A stretch of 63,999 bases of DNA, filler included, from Stramenopiles sp. TOSAG23-3 (Eukaryota), in NCBI GenBank assembly GCA_900128585.1. It is 3 parts of 3 records of this genome, joined end to end, with 100 filler letters (N's around TTAATTAATTAA, not from the genome) between each part and the next. Parts side by side here need not be neighbours in the genome. Positions count along the whole stretch, not along the records: positions 1 to 21,459 come from LT642356.1; positions 21,560 to 42,985 come from LT642357.1; 1 more part is not named here. The stretch is one strand, 5' to 3'. Below the pieces are notes generated by a model. The model was not told the DNA's origin and did not search any database. It saw only the letters and a program-made list of their open reading frames with translations. Positions 13,687 to 24,800 of the stretch are shown here, in pieces. Made by a program: the position numbers and the translations under genes. How positions within the stretch are numbered: the stretch's first letter is position 1; each line of letters begins with the position of its first letter.

Positions 13687-13933
13687 GCTCCGTCCTGCTC
13701 TGGCCCAGGGCATGCGACACAAACGTACACCACGCACGCTGTAAAAAGGGAGAAGAGAAATATTTATAATTTTTAAGTCTTACAAAGTAGATTCATGTGT
13801 GTGTAAAAAATTAAACAAGGAAGAGATAAAAAAGAGAACAATGTTATATTTTAAACTGGAGGATAAAACACGAATTCAAGCCCTTTTCTTTTTATTGTGA
13901 GCGTTGTAATTTCGTACAATTTGTACAAAGTAA

Positions 13934-15148
13934 CTAGCCGCGCTTCATACGCGACCGTCGCATCTCCATTTTCCGCTCTTGCGCTCTCATTTTTTTCTCG
14001 GCCTGTGCCCTTACGGCCAAAATATCTTCTTCTTGCAACTCTTCCAGAAATTCGTACACGATTTTCATGAACTGGTGCGATACCTCTGGGCGTGCCAATT
14101 TTCCATAGTTATCCGTATTGCTCTCCCCAACAAATTCCTGTATCAAAACTTTCGCCTCGTCTAGCCCTTTCGCCCGGTAAAACTCGGGTTCAATCATCAT
14201 AAAGATGGACAGGCCGACCGCATGCTGCAACTCCCTGGCCCCCTCGCGGCTGCACATCAACGTGAAGTAAATGTCGAAAACGTGCAGCGCCGTGTCTCGC
14301 GGGAGGCAGCCGGCGAAAAGCTTCTGAAACCACTGGAAAGTAAAGGCATTAATGTACATTGTCACTTCTTCCTCACCGCGAACGTGCGGGAATTCCAGCA
14401 ACGTTTTGGGTATTTTAGGGATCTTTTCCTTCAGCAATTTCGTGAACACCTCGATCTCAATCCTCGCCCCCTCCAGGCCATGGGTAAAATAGTCCTCAAG
14501 CGACACTTCGCAAATTATAGTAAATGCCCAGTACGCGTGCTCATCGTCCAGAACACCAATCAAAATGTGAGCTATTGCATCCATGCCCTGGACGAAGATC
14601 TCTTGCCCGTACTTCGGGTTCTTGTTGCCAACTACGAACGTGAGCAGCAGTTTGATCAAACGGTCGTTGTCGATTTGTTGGGAACGGTCTAAATCTAACT
14701 TTATTTGGTGAATCGCTTTATATACAGGGGCGCTCAGCCCTTCTTTCGACTGCTCGCGGTCCAAGTAGCTGGTGGCCGCGCCGTTGCCGTCGCCGTCCAT
14801 TGTGTCTGAATAGGTTCGAAAAATATCCAAGACTGTCCCCTCGACAAACTGACTGGCCTCTGCGTACACGTTGTCGTTCCAGGTCTGCGGATGTTCGTCG
14901 TGCAACTCTCCTTTCGCTTCGTCCACGACTCGCTCCCACAGCCGCTTTCGGTGAGCAACAGGGAAGCCACCCGGCCGCTGCACCCCCGACTTCAACGTAT
15001 CTATGCTAAATCCCGCCGTCTTTACGTATTCCCAATAGTTGACGGATTCCAGCTCAATTTTATACTCTTGGACGTTGGACCCGTCGCGAACCTTATCGTT
15101 CCCCGGCTCCTCCTTACGGCCTCCACCACATATTGCAAACCAAGACAT
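13934..15148 (-). CDS. Rab-GAP TBC-domain protein
   Basis: HRKRLW, IHQIKLDLDRS (arginine finger), FVQGMDAIAHIL (glutamine finger), FQWFQKLF..CLP..TALHVFD. Confidence 0.85.
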   Translation of the reverse strand: MSWFAICGGGRKEEPGNDKVRDGSNVQEYKIELESVNYWEYVKTAGFSIDTLKSGVQRPGGFPVAHRKRLWERVVDEAKGELHDEHPQTWNDNVYAEASQFVEGTVLDIFRTYSDTMDGDGNGAATSYLDREQSKEGLSAPVYKAIHQIKLDLDRSQQIDNDRLIKLLLTFVVGNKNPKYGQEIFVQGMDAIAHILIGVLDDEHAYWAFTIICEVSLEDYFTHGLEGARIEIEVFTKLLKEKIPKIPKTLLEFPHVRGEEEVTMYINAFTFQWFQKLFAGCLPRDTALHVFDIYFTLMCSREGARELQHAVGLSIFMMIEPEFYRAKGLDEAKVLIQEFVGESNTDNYGKLARPEVSHQFMKIVYEFLEELQEEDILAVRAQAEKKMRAQERKMEMRRSRMKRG

Positions 15149-15541
15149 CTCTCTAACCTGTACCTTGGTGTATCTACAAGAAGAATAGAAAGTGTGTGTG
15201 TGGGGATAATCCTTCTGCCTCTATATTTTTATACTTCCATCGACGGTAAGTTAAAAAAATTGGTACATTCTATATATAGAGTTCGTACTCGTAGTAGTTG
15301 AACATTAATTAGAAGAATAATAATTGAAGAAAAAAAATTATTATAGTAGTAGAGTATTATTATTATTATTATAAAATAAATAAATACTAATAAATAATAA
15401 TTATTAATAAATAATAATAATAAAATAAAAGAGAATAAAATAATTAATTAATAACGTTGTTGTGGTGGTGATATAATAATAGGACTATTATTATATATAC
15501 ACAGCATTACCGTACGGGTATTGTTGATTGCACGATTACGA

Positions 15542-15639
15542 AACTTGTTTGATGCTGTGTTTATATTCCCTCATCCGTAACATTATATTGTATGCTCTGA
15601 TTATACTGTAAATTTAATAATATAAACACAGCATTAAAC
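15542..15639. repeat. Short foldback/MITE-like element (family B)
   Basis: 21-bp inverted repeats at 15547-15567 and 15619-15639 (one mismatch). The first ~65 bp recur almost identically at 50223-50288. Confidence 0.7.
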
Positions 15640-16051
15640 TTTTTTTTCTTCTTCTCTATAGCTCTACTAGTAGAAACTAGGAGGAAATAATAATAATTCA
15701 AATTTACTGCTGGAAGCATAATGGCACAGTGACACACAGTGACACAAGAAGAAAGACCACCAAACAACATTTTTTTTCATCTCTTTCTTCTTCTTCTTCT
15801 TCTTCTCCGCTCCTCTAATAATTAATATCTCTCATCTCCTCTCCTCATCATCAAGATTCAGCACAAAACATAATAATTTGATTAAATTCAATTCGTATTA
15901 TATTTGAATTGAAGTTAACAGAAAAAGGAATGGTGAAGGTTTATTTTTGTTATGGTAGTTAGTTGTGCATTTTGCAGTTGTAGTAGTAGCAGTAGTAATA
16001 ATAGTAATTGTAGTAGTGAGTGCGTTCTTTTTTTGTATTGAAGAAAGGGAC

Positions 16052-17164
16052 ATGAACGTACCAGGGGCAGACACGGCAGACGCCGCGGCACTGGGCGAGT
16101 CTTTGGGTATTGTAGAGAAAAACTTAGAAAAGGCAGAGGCCAAGGTTAAGAAATTTTACGAGTTGCAGTTTCAAATTAGTACGTTGCAAGAGGAAGTCGG
16201 TGGAATATATAAGGAGTGTTCGAAAGAGTTAAAGCATGTAGAGAAGTCGTTGTCGGCGGTCGAGTCCTTCGGCAACGCCGCGGCGCCCATTGGGCTATTG
16301 CGGGACAGGGTCTCGAAAATGAAACGCCGCAGTGAGGACATGAAGACGATTATGCCCAAGACGGGCAGCATTTTTCTTCGCCTTATGCTTGGCCGCGTCA
16401 ACGTTAGGGTATTTACGCCGAACGATCGCCAGTTGCTGAGGGATGAATTTACGAAATTCAAGACACGGACGACCTACGCCTACACCTTGGTCCCACTGCT
16501 CTCCCTGCTGGTCAATCAATATGGAGACTTTTTGGTGGATACGCACTGGTCGCTGGTGTTGATACAAATCTGGTTGATGTATTACTACATGACGCTGGCC
16601 ATTCGACAGAACGTCCTGAAGATGAACGGTTCGAAAATGATGGACTGGTGGATCTACCACCATTACATTTCCATATTGATGACGGCGATATATTTGACTT
16701 GGCCAAATGCCCCCATCTACAATAGTTACAAGAAAAAGTACTTGCTGTACCTCTCGTTTCAAGGATTTGTACAATTTCTCCAGAATCGGTACCAGAGTGC
16801 GAGGCACTACACTTTGAGGGCCCTTGGTCGCGCGTCCAGCATGGATCTGCCAATGACGGAGACGATCACCGAGACGCCTGGTGCATTTTTGGTGCTTTTA
16901 ATTTATGTCAACCAATTCGTTCAATTTTTCCTTGGAACGAGCCTACTCTACACCCTCTTCACGGAACTTGATCTGTTCCGACCGATCGCCGAGTACCGCG
17001 AGGAGATGCAAACCTTGTCAGTTGGTATACTGATAATTGTCCTTGGAATTGGTAATTTCATTGCAACTACCATAACACTGCGAAAGAAAGGGAAACAAGT
17101 CAAGGGTAAGAAACAGGGCGCCAACGTTGGCGCGGCTTCGAACGATTTGAAGAAACAACGATGA
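16052..17164 (+). CDS. TMEM120: TMEM120/TMPIT-like membrane protein
   Basis: N-terminal coiled coil, then FLRLMLGRVNV, YYYMTLAIRQNVLKMNGSKMMDWWIYHHY and QGFVQFLQNRYQ..RHYTLRALGR. The likely ATG is at 16052. Confidence 0.9.
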   Translation: MNVPGADTADAAALGESLGIVEKNLEKAEAKVKKFYELQFQISTLQEEVGGIYKECSKELKHVEKSLSAVESFGNAAAPIGLLRDRVSKMKRRSEDMKTIMPKTGSIFLRLMLGRVNVRVFTPNDRQLLRDEFTKFKTRTTYAYTLVPLLSLLVNQYGDFLVDTHWSLVLIQIWLMYYYMTLAIRQNVLKMNGSKMMDWWIYHHYISILMTAIYLTWPNAPIYNSYKKKYLLYLSFQGFVQFLQNRYQSARHYTLRALGRASSMDLPMTETITETPGAFLVLLIYVNQFVQFFLGTSLLYTLFTELDLFRPIAEYREEMQTLSVGILIIVLGIGNFIATTITLRKKGKQVKGKKQGANVGAASNDLKKQR

Positions 17165-17380
17165 GGAGGATTTGTTTGAGGAGACCACGCAAAAAATAAA
17201 AACAAAATTATAAAAAAAAAAACAAGAAAAATTGGCTGTTATTTTTTATAGTAATTAAAATTAAAATAAAAAAGAAGGTGTCAGTTCAAGAACAACATCT
17301 CCTCCTATTGCAGATCCTCCCCAATGTCTGGTCAAGGTTCCAATTGGCAAGTAAACAGCGGCATAAATGTTTTAAAGGGG

Positions 17381-18582
17381 CTAGTTTTCTGTTGTACTGT
17401 TTTTTTCCATATTGATTACCACTCTTCCACCCGGGTGGTGCGACATGACGCGTTTTAATGCCTTGCGTATCGGTTCTTCCGAAAAGGGGACCTCTTCCGC
17501 CACGAAAGCACGTGCACCATCTTTGCGCGACGCGTCCCACATGTCTTGTTTAAGTGGAGGGTAGGATCCAATCATGACATACTTATACGACGAGCAACAT
17601 CCGCAAAGAGATTTACCAAGATGAAAACAAACTGCATTGAACATCTCGCCACCGGTCAGTTTTTTTTCACTGCTCATGTATATTGTGGGCCCCACGACGG
17701 TGACAAACAAGCCGCCCTTGCTGAGCAACGGGACTGCTTGCCCTTGTACCTCCTTGCCACCGACGTAGTCGAAGACGACTTGGAACTTCTCCTTCTCGGC
17801 CAGCTGTTCGCCAAAAGACTTTTGGGTGTAGTCGATAACTTCGTTTGCCCCCATCTTTGTCGCCGCCTCGGCATTCTTCCCGCTGCAAACAGCGGTGACA
17901 TGGCCTTTGTATTTGCGCAACAATTGGAGCATCAACTGTATAGGTGTTAGAGTATTAAACGTTAGAGAGAGCCGGAGAGGTTTAACAAATCGAGAAAACA
18001 GAAATTACTTACCGAACCCAGAGCACCAGATGCACCAATTACGAGGCACCGGAATCCACCAGCAACTAAAGGCCTGGTGGCACTTTTGATCGCGTGAAAG
18101 TTTACGAAAGCTCCCATGGCCATAGCGGCCGCGTCAACGAAAGAGATGCTGTCGTCTCCGATTAAACAAACGTCGCTTTCAGGGATAACCGTTCGTTCCG
18201 CCCAAGTTCCTTCCGCAGTATTAGGCGTTAGCAGATTGATGAACCCACATACACGATCCCCTACTTTCAGTTTCTTACAGTCTGGACCACATTCCAAAAC
18301 GACGCCAGCAAAGTCCTGGCCCCCAACCACGGGCTGGGCAACCGTCGGTTTGCGAGTGTGGTATCCCATGCCCCCGCACGCAGTATCTTGCAACAACGGA
18401 CAGTCGTCAACATTGATCGACGCAGCCTTAATGCCGACAATCACTTGGTTCTTTGTCGGTGCCCCTGGCGCTGCGATCGGTCCAAATTTAATTTTTTCGT
18501 ATACAGTCCCAGGCTCGCACCATTCCGTAATGTGTGCGGCCAACATTGTCTTACCGTCCTCCTGCGCGATCACTTTTGCCAT
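17381..18582 (-). CDS. MDR-family NAD(P)-dependent quinone oxidoreductase/alcohol dehydrogenase-like protein; 2 exons (18582-18013, 17935-17381)
   Basis: VGIKAASIN, GQDFAGVVLECG..KLKVGDRVCG, LVIGASGALG, GANEVIDY, GRVVI. The two provided ORFs join in frame across a 77-nt intron. Confidence 0.9.
17936..18012 (-). other. Spliceosomal intron (77 nt)
   Basis: The minus strand reads GTAAGT...CTCTAAC...ATACAG. Removing it gives the in-frame join ALGS|LMLQLL. Confidence 0.9.
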
Positions 18583-19204
18583 CGTCTATAACACTATGCA
18601 ATTACTTGTATAAATACTTTTCGGTGGATTTTTTATAATTGATTTCAAGCGATGAAGGTCAAGGGGGAAATTTTCTCACCCATTCTTTTAAAATGTTTAA
18701 TAATGTCTTTTCTCAAGTTTTCTAATATTTCAACCACCGACCCCGCCCGTAATATATAACACTCCTCCTCTACGAGGACAAAAAACCCGAACGAAAAAAA
18801 AAAAAAAAGATAAATATGCAGCATGTGGTTCCAATGGTGTGTTTATATACCGGGTATTATTCCTACTTCCTTCTGCTCTTCTTCTTGGTTTTACAAAAAG
18901 TAGAATACAATAATCAATAAAAAAGAAAAGGGAATCAAACAGTACATTGAACAACATGGGGGGAAAATCTACAGCTTACATTTACCGTTTAAATAAATGT
19001 AACAAATGTATTAACAAGTTTAAGAATGGCCAAGCTTTTTTCCGGCTTTGACCGGAATTTATAAGTACATTTTTTATGTAATGTAGTTTTATAAAAACTA
19101 TTAATTTATTTTATAATATTGTATAGTATATATAACATAGTTCTTTTATTTGTCTATATAATACTAGTATTGTAAAATATAGTTAAAACAGAATAATTTC
19201 CTTC

Positions 19205-21304
19205 TTAAAGACGCACAACGTCAACGCCCAGAACTGCACTATTTAATCTCTGCGGCTGCTGCCCATAAAACTCTTGATCTTTTGCCAGACGGTTCATTGC
19301 AGGGTCTGCCCCAGCGCGATGTTTCAGCTGTTCTGTGTTTTCCCCGATCACGCCTTTGAAACGGTGAATGTTTGCCATGCCCTTGCTCTCGACAGCACCC
19401 GAAAGAAAGTAATTCTGCCTTTGTCTATTATACCGACCACCATATTTAAACCTGGTGTCGACCGGAACTGGAGGCGCTTCTTCGCGGTTTTCCTCCTCGT
19501 TGTTTAACCTCCGTATCGTGTCTGATGCACTAAAAAATGTAGAAGGCTCTGCTGTAATCTCATCGGTTTCTACAAACGCATACGCCCCAGACTTTTTCGT
19601 TTTTTTATTCTTTTTGTTGCGGTTATGCTTGTTGCTTTTACGGTTCTTAACGTACTTCTTTTCGTCCTTTTCCTCCACCGGGCTTGCCTTAGGACTCCCT
19701 TCTGCATCGTCTTCGGGCGCCGATTCCGCGTCCTCGTCCTCAGATTTCGATTTCCTCTTTTTGACTTCGCCAGACCTCTTGGTTTTTTTATTCTTTTTGT
19801 TGCGCTTATTCTTGTTGCGCTGTTCCGTATTGGAAGAGGATGCACCTGTTGCTCCTTTCGTAATCTCAGATGCGGCCGCATTCCCCCCCTCTCGCTTCTT
19901 CATTTTCTTACCCTTTTTATACACTGTTCCAGCGGGTCCTGAACCCTCGCCAGCAGAAGACACCCCCGTCGCCGCACTCGTCCCCTTGGGTTTTTTTTCG
20001 GAAGAAGAGTCGGGCGTTCTTTCTGCCCCTCTGGCCATTGGGGATTTGTCCGAGCCCTGACCATTGGCTCTCCCCCCTTTCTTCCTACGGTCCTTTCCTA
20101 GACTATTGTCGATCGCTTTCAATATGTGCAGTTTCTGCTTCTTATCCGAACTAGATAACGCACTAGATACTGAACTAGATAACGTTTTGAGAATTTCTGA
20201 CTCTATAAGCTTCTTAGCTTCACCCTTGAAACTATTTTTGCCAGCAGCGCTTCCGCTGCCAGAACCGCCCTCGATACTACCGCTACCACTTCCACTCCCA
20301 GCGCCCTCGCTGCTGGGGCCACTGCTACCACTCCCAGACCCTTCTGAACCCGATGGAGACCCTTCCAAGCCGGAAGGTGAGTCCTCTGGGCCCGATCCAT
20401 CAGACACCACTACTTCTTCTTTTTCGGCAAAAGCCTTCGAGGAGCAGTACATGTTCATCATATCTTCACAAAGGCCGGGGCACTCCGGGGAGTTTGCACA
20501 ATATGATTGTCGAACATCCTCCGTGCATAGTAGCCCAGGAAGCGCCGTGCACGTGCGATAGCACAGCCTATCCCACACCAAACGATAATCGGAACAACTG
20601 CCTCCGTGCGTTTGTCTCATGCAGCCTGAAACGTATTCTTCGCCCATATTGGCGCAATCTAAATCAAACGCAATCTGGGCAAGGGCCTCTTTTTCACATG
20701 CCAACCCAATTTGATGGCGCTTGCACAAACAGAGACCAGTTTTTTTGTCGCAAGGACTGCCGCTACAAATTAAGTGCGTGTCTCCATTCATTGGGCACGC
20801 TTGTTCAGGCACCGGTCCTGTGAGATGACCATACATAAGGTTCCCTGAGTCGCGATTGGCAGCAAAACCGGCCGAAAAGGTTATGCTGAAGCCGCCCTTG
20901 GAACCACCCTTCGTGTCTTTGCCGCCCTTCGTCTTGCCGCCCTTCGTCTTTTTGCCGCCCTTCGTGTCTTTGCCGCCCTTCGTCTTTTTGCCGCCCTTCG
21001 TCTTTTTGGAGGAGCCCTTCTTACTCTTTGAGGAAGCACTGGAACCGCCGGAACCGCCCTTCCCTACACCTGCCCCAACTTTGTGCAGTGCAAGTCTATC
21101 TCCTTCCCGTGTTTCAGTAAACCTAAACGTCGTTTGGGGCAAGTCATCCCTTGAATAAACTAACGGGCTGTCTGGACTGTTATGAAACCTCTTAAACTGG
21201 GGGTTCTTTTCCGCTATTTCCCTTCTCCGGTCTCTATCAGGACGAAAGCCTGAGACTAACACTATCCCGCAACAGAAAGTCGCCACAAAAGCCCACCAGT
21301 TCAT
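19205..21304 (-). CDS. Secreted protein with Cys-rich EGF-like region and Gly/Ser/Lys-rich low-complexity tracts
   Basis: Signal peptide MNWWAFVATFCCGIVLVSG; EGF-like CPMNGDTHLICSGSPCDKKTGLCLCKRHQIGLAC; GGKKTK repeats; GSGS tracts. Confidence 0.75.
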   Translation of the reverse strand: MNWWAFVATFCCGIVLVSGFRPDRDRRREIAEKNPQFKRFHNSPDSPLVYSRDDLPQTTFRFTETREGDRLALHKVGAGVGKGGSGGSSASSKSKKGSSKKTKGGKKTKGGKDTKGGKKTKGGKTKGGKDTKGGSKGGFSITFSAGFAANRDSGNLMYGHLTGPVPEQACPMNGDTHLICSGSPCDKKTGLCLCKRHQIGLACEKEALAQIAFDLDCANMGEEYVSGCMRQTHGGSCSDYRLVWDRLCYRTCTALPGLLCTEDVRQSYCANSPECPGLCEDMMNMYCSSKAFAEKEEVVVSDGSGPEDSPSGLEGSPSGSEGSGSGSSGPSSEGAGSGSGSGSIEGGSGSGSAAGKNSFKGEAKKLIESEILKTLSSSVSSALSSSDKKQKLHILKAIDNSLGKDRRKKGGRANGQGSDKSPMARGAERTPDSSSEKKPKGTSAATGVSSAGEGSGPAGTVYKKGKKMKKREGGNAAASEITKGATGASSSNTEQRNKNKRNKKNKKTKRSGEVKKRKSKSEDEDAESAPEDDAEGSPKASPVEEKDEKKYVKNRKSNKHNRNKKNKKTKKSGAYAFVETDEITAEPSTFFSASDTIRRLNNEEENREEAPPVPVDTRFKYGGRYNRQRQNYFLSGAVESKGMANIHRFKGVIGENTEQLKHRAGADPAMNRLAKDQEFYGQQPQRLNSAVLGVDVVRL
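20897..21008. repeat. Coding minisatellite (15-18 bp units encoding GGKKTK/GGKDTK)
   Basis: Repeated TTGCCGCCCTTCGT(G)TCT units on the + strand. Confidence 0.85.
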
Positions 21305-21459
21305 CTTCACGCGAACCGGTAGACGAGACGAGGCCGTGTCAAACTTGTCAACAGTGGCCTGGTGCCGGTTAAATCCTTGTAGAACTTATGAACTTTTCCA
21401 CCCACTGATCCCAACTCAACAAAAATTGTCTATACAACAACAAGCCTTCTCCGACATCG

Positions 21460-21559
21460 NNNNNNNNNNNNNNNNNNNNNNNNNNNNNNNNNNNNNNNNN
21501 NNNTTAATTAATTAANNNNNNNNNNNNNNNNNNNNNNNNNNNNNNNNNNNNNNNNNNNN
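21460..21559. other. Artificial contig-joining spacer
   Basis: 100-nt block of N with a central TTAATTAATTAA (stops in all six frames). Confidence 0.95.
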
Positions 21560-21868
21560 CTGGTAAACTTGATAATGTTGTACGATCGTTTCCTTTATCT
21601 ACTTTTGGGATAGCCACCACTACTTTCGCCGTTCTACTACAGTAATTAAAACTGACACCTTTTCTTATTCATTCCTTTGGTATCTAAAATAAATACCGTA
21701 AATAAAACACTTATTTTCTTGTGAACGATTAGGAACATTTGAGTTTTAGATCGTTGAAGAAGATAGGTAGGATTTATATAGGTGTATTTTGATCTATAGT
21801 GACGTCGTGGAAAGGTATGCTTTGATATTTGAATTGTTTTTGTTGTTGTGTAAGCACGAAACGGCGAA

Positions 21869-24800
21869 ATGGCAGACGCTGGCCCCCCAGCTTTCTATTT
21901 TGTCCCAAGGGACGTGTCCTTGGGCATTTGGCCTTCGGAAAAAATGAAGGACATTTATGGTGATGCAGAGGGCGTGAATATTCCAAACAGTGGGGCGGAA
22001 AGAAGTGGAAAAAAGGATGGGCTCGACATGGTCCCTTCAAAGCCGTCTGCGGGTCAGCATAATAGCAGAAGGAGAGAACGCTTTTTCCGTGCACGTGGTT
22101 ACAACGTTGCACCACCAGCGACTCACCACTATGTTCCCGAGGACGAAAGCCGTGAAAAGGGTGCATCTGAGACTCGCCCTTCTACCCAGACCAAAAAAAT
22201 GCAAAGGATGGCTAAGCAGCAGCGCACCCTCTTTCGAATAGGAAATCAAGAGTACGACGTCAAACCTGCGCACTACGTACTTTCGGACCTTAATTTCACC
22301 TCAAACCTTCGAGGGCGGAGACCCAAAACTACCAACTACGTTCCACGGAGGTCCTCTCGGATGCTACTTAGTGGAAAAGAGATGAAAAAAGATTCTGCGT
22401 CCCACTTCACTACTCAGAAGATGTTGGAGGCTAATATTCTAAACAGGCAACTCAATACACAGACGCCTTTGGTAGTGGGAGTTGGGGCAGTGCGCAGCTC
22501 ATCTGCTGTGCAAAAAGATCGAAGTTTAGGAAAAAGCAGGTTGGGCAATGCGACGATGGCCAATCTGGCAAAGCCAAAGGTTCGCGCCTCAGACGGTTTC
22601 TTTAAGAGAACCGGCACAAAAGAGATGGAACCACAATTTCCAGAGACCCAAAGTGGTTTAAAGCTTCCTCCACCCCAACCCTGTTCGAGGGACGGAGGCC
22701 AGGAAAATCGAGGACAGCAGCACGAGCTTAACTTGCAAACAGTTCCAAGCTTCCTTCCCGAAGGCGAAGATGTTGCTACGAATCCTGGTCCAAATGAAAA
22801 CAACGATAGAGAAACAAAGAGTGTAAGTGTAAATATTGATGAACTGCGGAAAGAAAAAGATAGGGGAAAAAATCAAGCTGCTATCGTCGAAGAAAGTAGA
22901 ACGGCGAAAGTAGTGGTGGCTATCCCAAAAGTAGATAAAGGAAACGATCGTACAACATTATCAAGTTTACCAGGATGTTAGTACGGAGAACAGTTTGGAG
23001 AAGCAGAGCCCAATCACCCCGATGATAGACCGAATGGAAGAAGAGCATCAAGCAAATACTCCCAAAACGGATGAAGCCGACCAAGTACAATCACCGCCGG
23101 CATCCCATCCAACTGCATATAACACAGTCGTCAGCTTTGCGAGCCCAGAAGATGAAAACATAAGCAAAATTGAAAATATAGTCGAGGGTGAAAATGATTA
23201 TATTGAGGGTTGGGATACCTCTAAGGAAGACTTAGTTGCAAAAAATATGAAGGGTGAGCCTGAGTCAGCGGAAATAAAACTGGAAAAGCCCATTCAAAAA
23301 ATGTCAGATACGTTTGAAGAGTACCACGAGGAGTCCAGGAAAATTGCAGAGGAAGACATCATTTCAAACATGCCAGAGTTGGAAATAGAACCTGATACCA
23401 TCGCACAAATTATTATGGAAACTGATATTGAAGACTATCAACAAAGTGGAAAGATCGAAGAGGAAGAGTCTAAGGACGTTTCTGCTAGTGGCTCGTCTGA
23501 CGCAGACGATTCTAAGCCGGTCGATTGCAAGAATGTTGGCAAATCTTCTGACGCATACCAAATTATTAATAGAGTGGAACAGGGGCTAGACGCGGACGTT
23601 TTAAAGGTCATACGAGAATCCGAAGAACGTGTAAATTTGAAGAAAGAAACAGCTTTGCAAGGAAGCAAGGGAACGGAAAGAGACCCTTTTGAGACTGGGT
23701 CACTGCAGGAAGACCCTGAAAAGATTACAGGCAGTACAAAGAGTAAGGATCTCCTTAAAGATGAATTGCTGACGGACAAAACAGAAAAAGATAAACCAGC
23801 GGAAGTTTTTGTTGACTTTTATGGCATAGAAACTGGAAATAGTGTCCCGCCGACTGATTCGAACAGGGCCCACAAGCATTTTCCCACTCCAGATTTACCA
23901 GGAATCCAAGAAATGTTAACCCCACGGGATGCAGCGACCGAGCGAGGATTCAGCACTGCTGTGTTTGATGAAATCGAAGGATTGCCATCAAGTGCAAATG
24001 TTAATCTTCACAGACAAGACCCCCCTCGGGCTCAAAAATGCTTCGAATTTGGTCTGATTGCCGAAAGTGAAAGTAAATTCGATGAGGCAATTTGTTGGTA
24101 TTCGATTGGTTACGGTGTAGAACTCGATAGCATCAATCTTCTAGAAGGGCCATTTGAGAAAACACCCAGCGAGGATATGCACCCTTCGTCTAAACCGAGG
24201 CATTCACATGACGTTTCGCTTCAAAATGACACAGCTTTTGCGCTTCGATGCTTATTACGCCGTGGAGAGCTGTACCAGCAAATGGGAATTTTACCGCAGG
24301 CAAAGTGGGATTTTGCCAGAGCCATGTTGTTGTCTCCTAAAATGCTGGTATGCGTTTATCACAAAGCTCGCGTAGAAATGGAAATGGGCGAGTTGTTACT
24401 GTCATTGAATACGCTCGACCTCTGCATAAAGCATGAAATCGAGGACAGACACGACAAAGCAATCGTGTCCAGCCTGTGGACTGAAAAAGCCGAAGTATAC
24501 CTTCGACGTCACAATACGAACGATGCCGTTGAGGCTTTAAAGAAGGCAATTTCGTTAAACGAGAGAAACTACGGCGCCTATAGTATTTTGGGCGATGTTC
24601 TACTGAACCACAAGAAAATCAATCCTGATGGAATGGGAGCGTTTGAAGCATACATCAACTGTGCAAAAATTTGCCCGAACGATGTAAATTCAGTAGAGTC
24701 ATTGGTCAACGTCGCGACAAATGAGCTAAGTGGAAATATTCTTGACCAGGCAATCGAGGTTACCTCGCTGACCATTAAAGAACTCTTGCTCACGAAGGAA

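Noticed and set aside
21504-21515. TTAATTAATTAA palindrome inside N runs (also at ~43030)
   Set aside because: It is an artificial six-frame-stop linker. Gene adjacency across these gaps should not be trusted.
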